Source of the DNA: Candidatus Amesbacteria bacterium GW2011_GWC1_47_15
GTDB lineage: Bacteria > Patescibacteriota > Microgenomatia > CAZETR01 > Amesbacteraceae
DNA: 55,305 bases
Direction of reading: 5' to 3'
Assembly: GCA_001001375.1 (NCBI GenBank)
Contig: LCNU01000003.1
Location: forward strand, 1 to 55,305
Of this stretch, positions 25,355-35,233 are shown one piece after another. Made by a program: the position numbers and the translations under genes. The notes under the pieces are model-generated. The model saw only the letters and a program-made list of their open reading frames with translations, was not told the DNA's origin and did no database searches. Numbering within the stretch: the stretch's first letter is position 1; each line of letters begins with the position of its first letter.

Positions 25355-27321
25355 AAGGGAAAATTTAATTCCTTATCGGAAGACAAAATGACTTCAGGAA
25401 GCTTTCGCCCGTTTAAGGTTATCACGTAAGGAAAATCCTTGGAACCCGATTGTTTTTGGATTAATGCTTTATAGGGCGTTTTAACTTTAAACGGCAGTTC
25501 GTATTTAAACGATACCACTTTGGTATTCAGAGGAGTGAGAGTAAAAAAGCCTTCGAAGACCGTCTTGCCCAGATCTTCTCCAACAGTCTGACCGGTTTCA
25601 AAACCTTTTGCTTCCAGAAGTTTGCTACCCGCCGGAACGTAAACCCTCAGCCAGTCTCGAAACACTCCGTTTAGCTTCAGGTTTGTCTTGGAATCTGCAA
25701 AATACTGCTGGGGGTTTTTGTAGGTAAGTGTTAACGTCTTTGTTATATTACCGTCACCGGAAATCTGAGTATCGATATCGGCGTTGTAATTTACCCAGGC
25801 GTTGGTCTTGGCACCGGCAAAATTTGTATCCACCACCATCAGATAGTCCCATCCGTCAGGAATCGGACGGACCCGGCCGGCTAAATTGAAGATTTCCACC
25901 GCATCTTGAATTTTAGAATCTGGGAAGTAAAACTGGATGTGTTTCTGGCCAATGAGCCGCATGGCTGTGTTGAACATTTCCCCCATTTTGCCTTTTGGCT
26001 GAGCCATAACGTTTGACAGAACAGAGTGCATCATAGGCCCGATAAAGGATTTGCGCGCTCCGTAATTTCTTGGTGCAAATACGATCTGTCCGGAGATACT
26101 ATCCCAGACAACCGGGCCTTCGACATCGGCAAACAATTCCAATTCATAAAAGACATTGGGGCAATTGCATCGTTTGTCGTTTTCCGCAGAGTAGTTTCCG
26201 AAACCGGGAACTCCGATCGGCCCGGTAATTTTCAGTAAATCCACCAATACCTGGGTGTCAACCGTAAATATACCATCCACCTCGGGGGATTTTGTCAGCA
26301 GGTAATTGGGGAAAAAAGTTTCCATGGAAACTTTGAAATCCGGTGAGATATTCTGGTCGCGTAGATACCAGTAAGGAACTTTGGGAAGGTATTTTTTGAT
26401 CGGTTCGGGAGCCGGAAGTTTTTTGGGAAACCTTTCGTCCAAAAAGTAAATGTCGTTTGATTCAACTATACCGATCTTACCTTTGCTGACCGAAATAACA
26501 GCATAGGCGGTCATGAAGCCACCCGTGGGCCTGAGCTCCGCGTCGTTTTGGAAAATCACCAGGTATTTACGGACCCCATCTAGACCTAAAATATACGGGG
26601 CAGACTCGAGCAGTGGTTTGGCATCATTAACCAAAGTAGAAGCCTGATCTAATAACAAAATCCCCTGAGTTATCTGATCCCTGACACGCATACCCTTAAA
26701 TTCTTCAGGGTAGCGGTTGGGGTTTATTCCATCGACTTCGCTTCCGGCTTTGGCTAAATGGTCGCCGATAGTTGAAAGCTGAGGTTTGATTTTATCCAGA
26801 GTGTTCACGATAAAATTAATACGATCCTGAGCCGTTTTTTCCCCATTACCGGTCGTGGCTAGGCCTTTCAGTCCAATAATGTCTGCATAGGGGGCTATGG
26901 CTTCTATAGCCACATTTCCTGCAGAAAGGACTTCGCCTGCGGCTGTAAAACCTCTTTCGCCGTCCAGATAATAATTGCGGGCAAGGGGAACAGCTTTGAG
27001 CCATTTCAGCCTGGAATAATCTGCTTTTACCGTTTCCAGATCGGTTTTGACCTGAGCGAGCTGTCCCTGAGTACCTGCCAGGTCCTGAGCTTTGAGGTAT
27101 GGTTCGACCTGCCGGGCAGAAGATTCCAATTTACGCACAGACACCATCAAGCGACGGAGCGGGGAAATCAACGGAAAGTAAAGGATAATGCCGCTTAAAA
27201 GAACAATTAGCAGTAAAACACCTGCCGTTTTGAGAAACAACCGGAAAATTATTTTCGGCTTGGATGACGATGACGTATTCAGCGGCTGGGCTTCCAGCGT
27301 ACGAACCAGTGATTCAGCCAT
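25351..27321 (-). CDS. DUF4012-type membrane-anchored extracellular protein
   Basis: N-terminal TM and helical region, then YLVIFQNDAELRPTGGF, RDQNISPDF, VDTNFAGAK, YVPAGS, QKQSG. Confidence 0.8.
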   Translation of the reverse strand: MAESLVRTLEAQPLNTSSSSKPKIIFRLFLKTAGVLLLIVLLSGIILYFPLISPLRRLMVSVRKLESSARQVEPYLKAQDLAGTQGQLAQVKTDLETVKADYSRLKWLKAVPLARNYYLDGERGFTAAGEVLSAGNVAIEAIAPYADIIGLKGLATTGNGEKTAQDRINFIVNTLDKIKPQLSTIGDHLAKAGSEVDGINPNRYPEEFKGMRVRDQITQGILLLDQASTLVNDAKPLLESAPYILGLDGVRKYLVIFQNDAELRPTGGFMTAYAVISVSKGKIGIVESNDIYFLDERFPKKLPAPEPIKKYLPKVPYWYLRDQNISPDFKVSMETFFPNYLLTKSPEVDGIFTVDTQVLVDLLKITGPIGVPGFGNYSAENDKRCNCPNVFYELELFADVEGPVVWDSISGQIVFAPRNYGARKSFIGPMMHSVLSNVMAQPKGKMGEMFNTAMRLIGQKHIQFYFPDSKIQDAVEIFNLAGRVRPIPDGWDYLMVVDTNFAGAKTNAWVNYNADIDTQISGDGNITKTLTLTYKNPQQYFADSKTNLKLNGVFRDWLRVYVPAGSKLLEAKGFETGQTVGEDLGKTVFEGFFTLTPLNTKVVSFKYELPFKVKTPYKALIQKQSGSKDFPYVITLNGRKLPEVILSSDKELNFPF

Positions 27322-27968
27322 TATTTCACCCCGCTTCCCTTACCACTCAACATCACATAGGGGGTCTTAAGCAGGATTTTTAAATCATACCACAGAGACA
27401 TGTTGGCTGCGTAATTGGCGTCCAATTCTATCCGCTTGTCAAAGTTTAAATCGCTCCTGCCTGATACCTGCCACTGGCCGGTAATTCCCGGGCGGACGGA
27501 AAGAGCTTTTTGAATGGAACCGTCGGTGTTGGGAAACCTTTTTTTCTGCTCCGCCAGTTCATCCGGGTAATAAGGCCGGGGGCCGACGAGGCTCATATCA
27601 CCTTTAAGAACATTTATAAACTGGGGTGTTTCATCCAGGGAGTACTTGACTATTACCCTACCTACCGAAGTACGCAGGGGGTCGTTTTCCACTTTATAAC
27701 TGTTTTTTTTAAAATTCTTCAGATATTCCTTATAACGGGGGTCATGAAACTGCAGATAGCGGGCATTGGGGATCATAGACCGGAACTTGAGCAGACGGAA
27801 AACCCGACCGTTTTTGCCTACGCGGTCCGACAATTCAACAAAAATAGGGCCTTTGGGTGTTTCCAGTTTGATGGCGGCGGCAACGATAAGAGCAACAGGC
27901 CAGAAAACAAACAGCAATATCACGGAGCAGATAATATCCATGATACGTTTGATCAGGGGGTACAACAT
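27321..27968 (-). CDS. Priming phosphoglycosyltransferase (bacterial sugar transferase, WcaJ/WbaP C-terminal type)
   Basis: [58 protein letters not shown]. Start ATG 27968 or TTG 27992. Confidence 0.92.
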   Translation of the reverse strand: MLYPLIKRIMDIICSVILLFVFWPVALIVAAAIKLETPKGPIFVELSDRVGKNGRVFRLLKFRSMIPNARYLQFHDPRYKEYLKNFKKNSYKVENDPLRTSVGRVIVKYSLDETPQFINVLKGDMSLVGPRPYYPDELAEQKKRFPNTDGSIQKALSVRPGITGQWQVSGRSDLNFDKRIELDANYAANMSLWYDLKILLKTPYVMLSGKGSGVK

Positions 27969-27988
27969 CTGGAAAGAGTTTAAATTTT

Positions 27989-29089
27989 TCAAAGGTATTT
28001 AGTCAATTGCTGGGCTTTCAGGGTCTGGACAATCAATTTTACCCCCTGGGCGTGTTCTTTGGGGCAGATAAGAAGGGCATCCGGGGTGTCTACTACCACC
28101 ATATCCTTTAATCCAACTGTAGCTACGATTTTTTTATCCAGGAAAAGAAGGTTATTTTCAGAATTTATGCCTATATATTCCCCTTTCCCTTTGGGACCCT
28201 CGATCACGTTACCCGCTCCGTCTTTGGGGAGATGCTGCCAAACAACATTCCAGTCACCAACATCGGACCAACTGAATTTACCGGCAATACAGATAAACCT
28301 GGTGAGATGCTCAGAAACCGCATAATCTATTGAAATCGTTGGGGCCATCTGAAAGGCCAGCCGGATTACTTCATTTTCCTTATCGGTACCAATGGCCTCC
28401 AACACCTTGGGCAACATGGCGTATGTTTTGGGTGCATGTTTCTTTAGCAGTTCAAGATACAGGGCAGCACGGTAAACATATAAATTTGCATTCCAAAAGT
28501 ATTTCCCTGACCGGGTGTATTTTTTGGCCGAAGGAAGAGGAGGCTTTTCCACAAATTTTTCGCCCATAAGCAGTTGATCATTTTCTTTCCACTTTTTATA
28601 TGCTTTAATGTGTCCCATTCCGGTGTGGGGAAACTTGGGCTGAATGCCCACTGTGACGACATGATTGAATTCGTAAGCAGCCTGTGCCGCCTTTTTCATT
28701 TGCGAAATAAATACTTCTATAGGGGATATCAAATGATCTGAAGCCAAGTTGACGATCACAGCTTGCGGATCTTTTTTTAAAATATAAGCTGCGCCAATAG
28801 CATGAGCGAGGGCTGTATCACGACGGATAGGTTCGGCGATTATGTTTTCCTTAGGAACGATTTTCGTTTCCGAGTTTACCAAAGATGCATACTTGGCAGA
28901 TGTGGCTATGAAGATATGCGAAGGAGGGACAATTTTTTTGGCTCTGATAACCGTTAAATCTAAAAGTGACTTACCTCCAAAAAGTTTGACAAACTGTTTG
29001 GGGAATTCTTCACGTGACTGAGGCCAGAGGCGGGTGCCGCCGCCGCCAGCAAGGATCAGGACATATGTATGCTTTTGTACTTCTTCCAT
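27989..29089 (-). CDS. manC: Mannose-1-phosphate guanylyltransferase
   Basis: ILAGGGGTRLWPQSR..PKQF, EPIRRDTA, SDHLI, FVEKP, SIDYAV, WSDVGDW, VDTPDALL. Confidence 0.92.
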   Translation of the reverse strand: MEEVQKHTYVLILAGGGGTRLWPQSREEFPKQFVKLFGGKSLLDLTVIRAKKIVPPSHIFIATSAKYASLVNSETKIVPKENIIAEPIRRDTALAHAIGAAYILKKDPQAVIVNLASDHLISPIEVFISQMKKAAQAAYEFNHVVTVGIQPKFPHTGMGHIKAYKKWKENDQLLMGEKFVEKPPLPSAKKYTRSGKYFWNANLYVYRAALYLELLKKHAPKTYAMLPKVLEAIGTDKENEVIRLAFQMAPTISIDYAVSEHLTRFICIAGKFSWSDVGDWNVVWQHLPKDGAGNVIEGPKGKGEYIGINSENNLLFLDKKIVATVGLKDMVVVDTPDALLICPKEHAQGVKLIVQTLKAQQLTKYL

Positions 29090-30183
29090 CGAAGTGTGAA
29101 TAGTTTAACAAATTCGCTTTTAAAACGCTCTTTGGAAAATCGATCGGCATGTGATTGGATAAACGACGAAGAGAATGACTCTTTGGAAAAACCGGCTAGA
29201 GCATGCCGAAGAGATGCAGGAGAATTATCTTCGATAAGAATTCCTGTTTTTCCGTGGATCACAGTCTCGGAGGCGCCACCCTTGTTGAGAGCAATAACCG
29301 GGGTTCCGGCAGCTTGTGCCTCTACAGGGACGATACCGAAATCCTCTTCGTGGAAAAAGATAAGTGCTCTGGAATGCTGATAATGACTTACAAGAACCTC
29401 GCGTGAGACGTTTCCCAAAATGGTTATATGGGGGCGGGCAATACGGCGAAGTTTTTTTTCCAGAGATCCGGTACCAATCACCACCAGCGGCAGATTGATT
29501 TCATTAAATACGTTTATCACGACATCAGGACGTTTGTAAGCTACTAATCTGCTGACGTATAGAAAAAAATCTTTAATTGACGGCGGAGGGGCAGGTGTAG
29601 AAAAAACATCAATATCCACGGGGGGGTAAATCACCTGAGAATCGAGACCGTAATATCGTTTCACCCTATTTTGTACAGTTTTGGAGATAGAAATATATTC
29701 ATCGGGTCTGCGTGATGCTATCAAATCCCAGTACTTCATATATTCAAACACGGGTTGGGAAAACCATCTGTTTACCGGATTTAATAATTTTTTATGAAAA
29801 TCGTAGTGGCTCCACAGGTAACGGGTAGGAGTCAGACAATAACAAAGATGGAAAGTATCAGGCCGGGTGATTATACCTTTGGCATCGGCGCTGGTCACGG
29901 AAATCACGGCGTCAAAATTGTTTAATTCCAGAGTCTCGAAAGCCAGAGGGGTCAGCCAGGGGTAAATCTCGTGATGGCTTTTGGCAAAAGGAAACTTCTG
30001 TAAAAAGGAGGTGATTACCTCCGGAAATACCTGCGCCCAAGCGGCTTTGGCGGGGTGGTAGACAGAGGTAAATAGCGGAGCTTTTGGAAATAATTCATGG
30101 AGAGCCAGAAGCACTTGCTCTGCCCCTCCCCATTTATTTACACGATCGTAAACTAACGCAATTCTTTCCGGTAAATTGCCCAT
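29056..30183 (-). CDS. Glycosyltransferase family 4
   Basis: GGAEQVL, YCLTPTRYLW, VIYPPVD, SRLVAYKR, EDFGIVPVEAQAAGTPVI. Confidence 0.9.
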   Translation of the reverse strand: MGNLPERIALVYDRVNKWGGAEQVLLALHELFPKAPLFTSVYHPAKAAWAQVFPEVITSFLQKFPFAKSHHEIYPWLTPLAFETLELNNFDAVISVTSADAKGIITRPDTFHLCYCLTPTRYLWSHYDFHKKLLNPVNRWFSQPVFEYMKYWDLIASRRPDEYISISKTVQNRVKRYYGLDSQVIYPPVDIDVFSTPAPPPSIKDFFLYVSRLVAYKRPDVVINVFNEINLPLVVIGTGSLEKKLRRIARPHITILGNVSREVLVSHYQHSRALIFFHEEDFGIVPVEAQAAGTPVIALNKGGASETVIHGKTGILIEDNSPASLRHALAGFSKESFSSSFIQSHADRFSKERFKSEFVKLFTLRWKKYKSIHMS

Positions 30184-31247
30184 GTTTTTTGACTCATGTC
30201 AGACCAGGAATATTTTTTTACCTGCTTTTTTCCTTTGGCGATTAATTTACTGCGCAGCGCTGAATCTGATATAAGAATTCCAATTTTTTGTGCCAAATCT
30301 GAGGCAGACTTGGGATCAAAGTAAAGCGCGGCATCCTGGTATATTTCCGGAAGTACTGAGGCTCTAGCAGCAATAACCGGAGTTCCTGCGGCCATGGCTT
30401 CCAGCCCCGGAAGACCAAAACCTTCAATAAGAGACGGAAACACCAGGGCAAGAGAATTCTGGTAAAGGTAATGGAGCTGAGAGTCTGAAACAGAGCCGAA
30501 AAATTTAACCCATTTATTCAAATATTTTTCATCAATAAGAGCCTGTATTTTTTGGGTAAACACAGATCGGGCACAGACTAGAATTGCCAGTACCTCCCCG
30601 TTTAATTCCTTAACCGCATCCAGGAGCAATGGAATATTTTTGTGCGGGTACACGTTTCCCACGTGCAGGATGTATGGTCGATAGTCCGGAATATCGACCG
30701 CTGAGGAAGATCCGGACAAAAAAAGAGGAGAAACCCCTTCATAAGTGACACTGATTTTGACAGCGGGTATTTTGAATCTTTTTATTAATTCGTATTTCCA
30801 AAAATTCGCAGGGACTATGATATGCGCTGCTCTGCGGACCGTAAACCAGACGATAAACAGGTACTGTAAATACTTTAACCAATAAACCGCCGGGCTGCGG
30901 GTGGTGGTGGCAGGACCTTTGGAAAGATGCTTGATCAAGTCGTGAATTGTAACAACAATTTTTCCCGGCCAGAGAAAGGGTACCGTGAAATGGGGGACAT
31001 GGAGCAAAGCCGGGCGGATTTTCAGAAGCAGCCATAGCATCTCAAACTGTGAAAGGTAGGTATAGGGGTGATAACGGGCCGTATATTTGGAAAACTGCTT
31101 TAATTCCGGAAGAGCTGCATTTTCAGGTGAAATAATGAGAGTGACAGACGAAGGATCTGGTAAATTAGTGATCAGGTTTTGGACATAGCGGCCGATACCG
31201 GTGTGCCTGATGCCGTACAAACGGGCATCAATACAAATTTTCTTCAT
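30153..31247 (-). CDS. Glycosyltransferase family 4
   Basis: IDAR...TGIGRY, VTIHDL, YPHKN, FPSLIEGFGLPGLEAMAAGTPV. Confidence 0.9.
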   Translation of the reverse strand: MKKICIDARLYGIRHTGIGRYVQNLITNLPDPSSVTLIISPENAALPELKQFSKYTARYHPYTYLSQFEMLWLLLKIRPALLHVPHFTVPFLWPGKIVVTIHDLIKHLSKGPATTTRSPAVYWLKYLQYLFIVWFTVRRAAHIIVPANFWKYELIKRFKIPAVKISVTYEGVSPLFLSGSSSAVDIPDYRPYILHVGNVYPHKNIPLLLDAVKELNGEVLAILVCARSVFTQKIQALIDEKYLNKWVKFFGSVSDSQLHYLYQNSLALVFPSLIEGFGLPGLEAMAAGTPVIAARASVLPEIYQDAALYFDPKSASDLAQKIGILISDSALRSKLIAKGKKQVKKYSWSDMSQKTWAIYRKELR

Positions 31248-31255
31248 TTATCCAA

Positions 31256-32092
31256 TTATATCGCGGCTTTTAATCTGCGCGCAGCATTGAGAAGATATAT
31301 GCCGGTATAAACGATCCAATTGAAGAAAAAGGGGTACCGGCTGGAATAATGTTTTTTATAAAAAGTTTTCATGGCGTTGGTAGAATTTTTTGCCCATTTA
31401 ACTCTGCCGGACTTTGTAACCCTAGCAGAAGCGCCTTTGTAATGAAGGATTTTTACCTCGGGAATATAGAAAATTTTCCAACCAACCTGTTTCAGGCGGA
31501 AGCAAAAATCGAGATCCTCCCCGTTCCAGAAATAATCTTCGTCCAACCAGCTGATCTGCCTGCCGGCAGTGGTTCGAATGAGAGCAAAAGCTCCTGTAAG
31601 GGCATCAATTTCATGAATAGTATCCGGAATCGGAGAATGGGAGTAGCGGGAGAAACGCCTGAAAAACCCAGTGTAAATATGGAGAAAGCTATTCAAAGGA
31701 TTGGGAAACTCCCGATGGCAGGAGTAATCAAGAGAACCATCCGTTAATTCCACCCGGCAAGTAGCAGCACCGACATCGGAATGAGACTTTATGTAATCCA
31801 TGACCGTTTGAATGGTATGCGGGTAGACAATGGTATCGGGGTTTAATAAAAGTGTGTAGGGAGACTTGACTTGCTTTAAAGCGATATTGTTTCCGGCGGA
31901 AAAAATTATTTTTACATGGGGAAAATGTTTTTTAACGGAAGCTGCCGAAGAGTCTGTAGATGCATTGTCTATGACTACTACTTCCCATTGATCACTTTTT
32001 TCCATAGTTTTATAAACCGAGGAAAGACAATCCAAGAGTAGTTTTTCGACGTTGTAGCTGAGGATAATGATAGTTAAGTCAGGTGTTTTCAT
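31256..32092 (-). CDS. Glycosyltransferase family 2 (WbbL/rhamnosyltransferase-like)
   Basis: IIILSYN, IDNASTD, LLNPDT, TGAFAL, LDEDYFWNGEDLDFC, HYKGAS. Confidence 0.88.
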   Translation of the reverse strand: MKTPDLTIIILSYNVEKLLLDCLSSVYKTMEKSDQWEVVVIDNASTDSSAASVKKHFPHVKIIFSAGNNIALKQVKSPYTLLLNPDTIVYPHTIQTVMDYIKSHSDVGAATCRVELTDGSLDYSCHREFPNPLNSFLHIYTGFFRRFSRYSHSPIPDTIHEIDALTGAFALIRTTAGRQISWLDEDYFWNGEDLDFCFRLKQVGWKIFYIPEVKILHYKGASARVTKSGRVKWAKNSTNAMKTFYKKHYSSRYPFFFNWIVYTGIYLLNAARRLKAAI

Positions 32093-33291
32093 CTTTGGGA
32101 CCTACCGACAGCCTGATAGACAGAGTCGAGTTTGGCAGAAATGGATTTCCAATCATACCTTGATGCGACAAATTCCTTGCCATTCTTGGCCAAAAGTGCC
32201 TGGGTCTTTTTGTCCTGTAAAAGCCGGATAATCGTATCAGCCATTTCAGGTGCGGTGTCTGCTATGAGTGCGTGTCTGCCGGGAATTATCCCGAATCCTT
32301 CAAGGGCTATGCTAGTGGCGACTGCCGGAGTGCCGGTAGCCATAGCCTCCAGGATTTTATATCGGGTCCCTTTTCCGCTGAATACCGGGGCCACCAATAT
32401 GTGGGCCTGGGAATAGGCATCGCGTATGTCGGGGATATTGCCTGTGACTTTAATAGTAGGGTCGGATCTTTCATAGCCGAAGACTTTTTCCGTGGGACTA
32501 TTGCCTACGATCCAGAGCCTGGCCCCGGGAACACTTTTCTTGATCAACGGCCATACCTGACCTACCAAAAAGTCAACTGCCTCAACATTAGGAAGCCATT
32601 TAAAAGTTCCGATAAACAGCAATGTGGGGTGGGGTGGGAGGCGCTTTTTGACCTGATCAAACCATTGAGTATCTACCCCATTGGCCACAACGTCGATCGG
32701 GCGGGCATCGGGACAAATAGACTTAATAAATTCCTTGTCATCTTCACTCATCGTAATGAGGCGGTTGCAGGTGCGCCAATAATGTTTTTCCCACCATTTG
32801 ATCTTGAAGATGTCTACCCAGAAAAAGGGTTTGAGAGGTAAAAAGCGGTTTTTGGAGGCGTAATTTAAATAACCTAAATATTCTATGGTCTGTTCCACCA
32901 GGATCACGGGAATACTGGTTTTGGGGATATTAGGCATCATGTAGAAAGTCTCAGCATGAATTAAATCATATTTGTCCGCGGCGATCTCTTCCCTGACGGC
33001 TTCCAATGTCTCATTCACCAAATTGCGGGTAACGACAAAGGGATAGAGGGTAAAACCAGCCCTGAGGATATTTTTGGGATGCCAGGGGGAAAAGGTTCGT
33101 TTGAAAACGCGGATCTTTGTACAAAATTTCTCCAGTTGGGGTAAATACTGCCGTTCTGAATCGTCCTTTATCAGGGCGAAGAGTGTTATCTGGTGGCGGG
33201 CGCTAAGTTTTTTGAGAAGGTTATAGGAACGAATCTGACCTCCCGAATGCAAGGGGTAAGGCAGATACGGGGTGAGCATTAAAATTTTCAT
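32089..33291 (-). CDS. Glycosyltransferase family 4
   Basis: PYPLHSGGQIRSYNL, VANGVD, GTFKWLPN, GTRYKILEAMATG. Confidence 0.88.
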   Translation of the reverse strand: MKILMLTPYLPYPLHSGGQIRSYNLLKKLSARHQITLFALIKDDSERQYLPQLEKFCTKIRVFKRTFSPWHPKNILRAGFTLYPFVVTRNLVNETLEAVREEIAADKYDLIHAETFYMMPNIPKTSIPVILVEQTIEYLGYLNYASKNRFLPLKPFFWVDIFKIKWWEKHYWRTCNRLITMSEDDKEFIKSICPDARPIDVVANGVDTQWFDQVKKRLPPHPTLLFIGTFKWLPNVEAVDFLVGQVWPLIKKSVPGARLWIVGNSPTEKVFGYERSDPTIKVTGNIPDIRDAYSQAHILVAPVFSGKGTRYKILEAMATGTPAVATSIALEGFGIIPGRHALIADTAPEMADTIIRLLQDKKTQALLAKNGKEFVASRYDWKSISAKLDSVYQAVGRSQR

Positions 33292-34763
33292 AGGAGGCCC
33301 GGGGTGGGAGTGGGAGTAATCAGGTGCCGCGGACGTTCTTCCAGCCGGACAATGACGTACTCCGGTTTTTCTTCCACTACAGTATAAATATCCATGATAT
33401 CCCGGGTGGCAACGTCGTAATTGACGGAAACATAGTAATCAATACCAAAGCGATCGATCAGATCTTTGACGGGTAACGGAACATTGGTAAAACCGCGACG
33501 GTTGGTATGGTAGAGAAATGCCGTGTCCCCGTTGTAATTGGCAATAACAGTAGCATCTCCGGGTATCAGGCGATCTACTGCACGGCCTGCCTGTATTATT
33601 TCCCAATGATTAATCTGATAGTTGCCCCGCAGTGTATACCAGGAAAAAGACAACATGAACAGAACGGAGATCAAAGCCAGAGTTCTTTTCCCCAGCGTCC
33701 CCAAAAGTGACGGTTCGGCTTTCCAAAGGGCAGTTACCCCGAGCGCAAGCATGACGGAGACGGCAGGCAGGATGGGTATCTGGTAATAATCGTGCCTGAC
33801 ATTTCCGGAAGCAAAAGTGAAGAGATATAAAACTGCTCCGGCCAGCCAGGATAAGAGATAGCTGCCTGATGACAAGGCGGCAATTATGCCTGCAGACAAA
33901 GGCAGAATTCCCCAGTTGCCCAGAATCATGTTTCCCAAACGCTCCCCGAATATCCAGCGGAAAAAAGCGCCTTTAAACCGGATATGGTCTCCGTTTAACA
34001 GCCAAATACTGCCCGGGATACCTTCCGGATGACGGTGTTCCCAGGTACGCCAGACGAGAAAAGGAACAAGATACAGAGAATAGAGAATAATTAATGGTTT
34101 TTGCCGGTAAAAGCGAAAACCGTACTTTTTCCAGAATAACCAGGCGGCAGGTACGCCTAAGAAAAATATGGCAACTGGTTTGACCATCACAGCCAGAGCG
34201 CCAAAGAATGCAGACAGTAAAAAGAATTTGAAAATAGATCCAACCGACCAGAGATCCAGAAAGTAGAGTGATACCAGATAGAGGGTGACCATAAACGGAT
34301 CCGGTAGAATTACACGGGTAAAGTAAATATTGAATGGCAGTAAGAGATAGAAAAATGAGGCAAGCATGGCAGTTTTTTCAGAAGCATGACGGGAAACTAT
34401 CAAGTAGATAAAAACAGCAGAGGCTAAAGCAGACAGCACAGAAGTCATGCGGCCCCAAAATTCCAGAGAGTTGAAGGGGAAGACTTCACGCAGGGTGTAA
34501 TGAACAAGATTAAACAAAGGAAATTCCACCATACGATAACCTTCGGGATTAAAAAGCCCCCTGCCTGAGACGTCCGAGAAATCATCGTAACGGGGGTACA
34601 GCAAGTTGACGCCGTAACGGACAAAATTACGGGTGACCGCGGCTGTATCTGCCTGCCGCCAAGAATGCCAGTCAGCTATGGGATTGTCAATTTTATACAT
34701 CCGGACAGCAAAACCCACAGCAAGAATTACCACCAGTATAAAAATCCGGATTCTAGGAATCAT
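33288..34763 (-). CDS. GT-C membrane glycosyltransferase (ArnT/PMT-like)
   Basis: ADWHSWRQADTAAV after TM1, EFPLF, many TMs, HDYYQ, extracellular C-terminal domain. Confidence 0.75.
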   Translation of the reverse strand: MIPRIRIFILVVILAVGFAVRMYKIDNPIADWHSWRQADTAAVTRNFVRYGVNLLYPRYDDFSDVSGRGLFNPEGYRMVEFPLFNLVHYTLREVFPFNSLEFWGRMTSVLSALASAVFIYLIVSRHASEKTAMLASFFYLLLPFNIYFTRVILPDPFMVTLYLVSLYFLDLWSVGSIFKFFLLSAFFGALAVMVKPVAIFFLGVPAAWLFWKKYGFRFYRQKPLIILYSLYLVPFLVWRTWEHRHPEGIPGSIWLLNGDHIRFKGAFFRWIFGERLGNMILGNWGILPLSAGIIAALSSGSYLLSWLAGAVLYLFTFASGNVRHDYYQIPILPAVSVMLALGVTALWKAEPSLLGTLGKRTLALISVLFMLSFSWYTLRGNYQINHWEIIQAGRAVDRLIPGDATVIANYNGDTAFLYHTNRRGFTNVPLPVKDLIDRFGIDYYVSVNYDVATRDIMDIYTVVEEKPEYVIVRLEERPRHLITPTPTPGLL

Positions 34764-35233
34764 TTCATGAAAACACTCAAATACTTCTTAATCTTATCAA
34801 ACGAACCGTACAAAACCGCATTTATCCCTGCTGCGGAAGCAGCTGTAATATTTGCCGGCTGGTCATCGATAAATAATATTTCGTTGGGCCTCAGAGCTAT
34901 AATTCGTGAAAGATAGATGTAGGATGCTGACTTGTCTTTGGGTAAATTATCCTTTTGGGCGGAAAACACCTGGGTAAAATACTGATCCAGTATAACTTTA
35001 AGTACCGGGTTTTCATGGATGCTACCAGAAGTAAAAACGTACAACGGATAACGGGGTTTGAGAGCCCCGATGATATCCAGCAATTCATGATTTAGTTTGA
35101 AAAATTCCCAAAAATCGTAATTTTCCCGGGATCCGGATAGTGAACGGTAAAGATCGTTTAAAACTGAGGAATAATTATCATCTTTTGGGAAAAGAAGCGT
35201 GTAAGAGAGGTCGAAAATAAATGCCTGGGTCAT
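34760..35233 (-). CDS. HAD-superfamily hydrolase-like protein
   Basis: MTQAFIFDLSYTL (motif I), VFTSG (II), PKD (III), LFIDDQPAN (IV); start ATG 35233 overlaps the upstream stop. Confidence 0.7.
   Translation of the reverse strand: MTQAFIFDLSYTLLFPKDDNYSSVLNDLYRSLSGSRENYDFWEFFKLNHELLDIIGALKPRYPLYVFTSGSIHENPVLKVILDQYFTQVFSAQKDNLPKDKSASYIYLSRIIALRPNEILFIDDQPANITAASAAGINAVLYGSFDKIKKYLSVFMK

Noticed and set aside
25428..25440. Single AAGGA-AAA-TCCTT matching the RAYT repeat unit inside the DUF4012 gene
   Set aside because: An unpaired single unit with a different core in ordinary coding sequence; could be chance.
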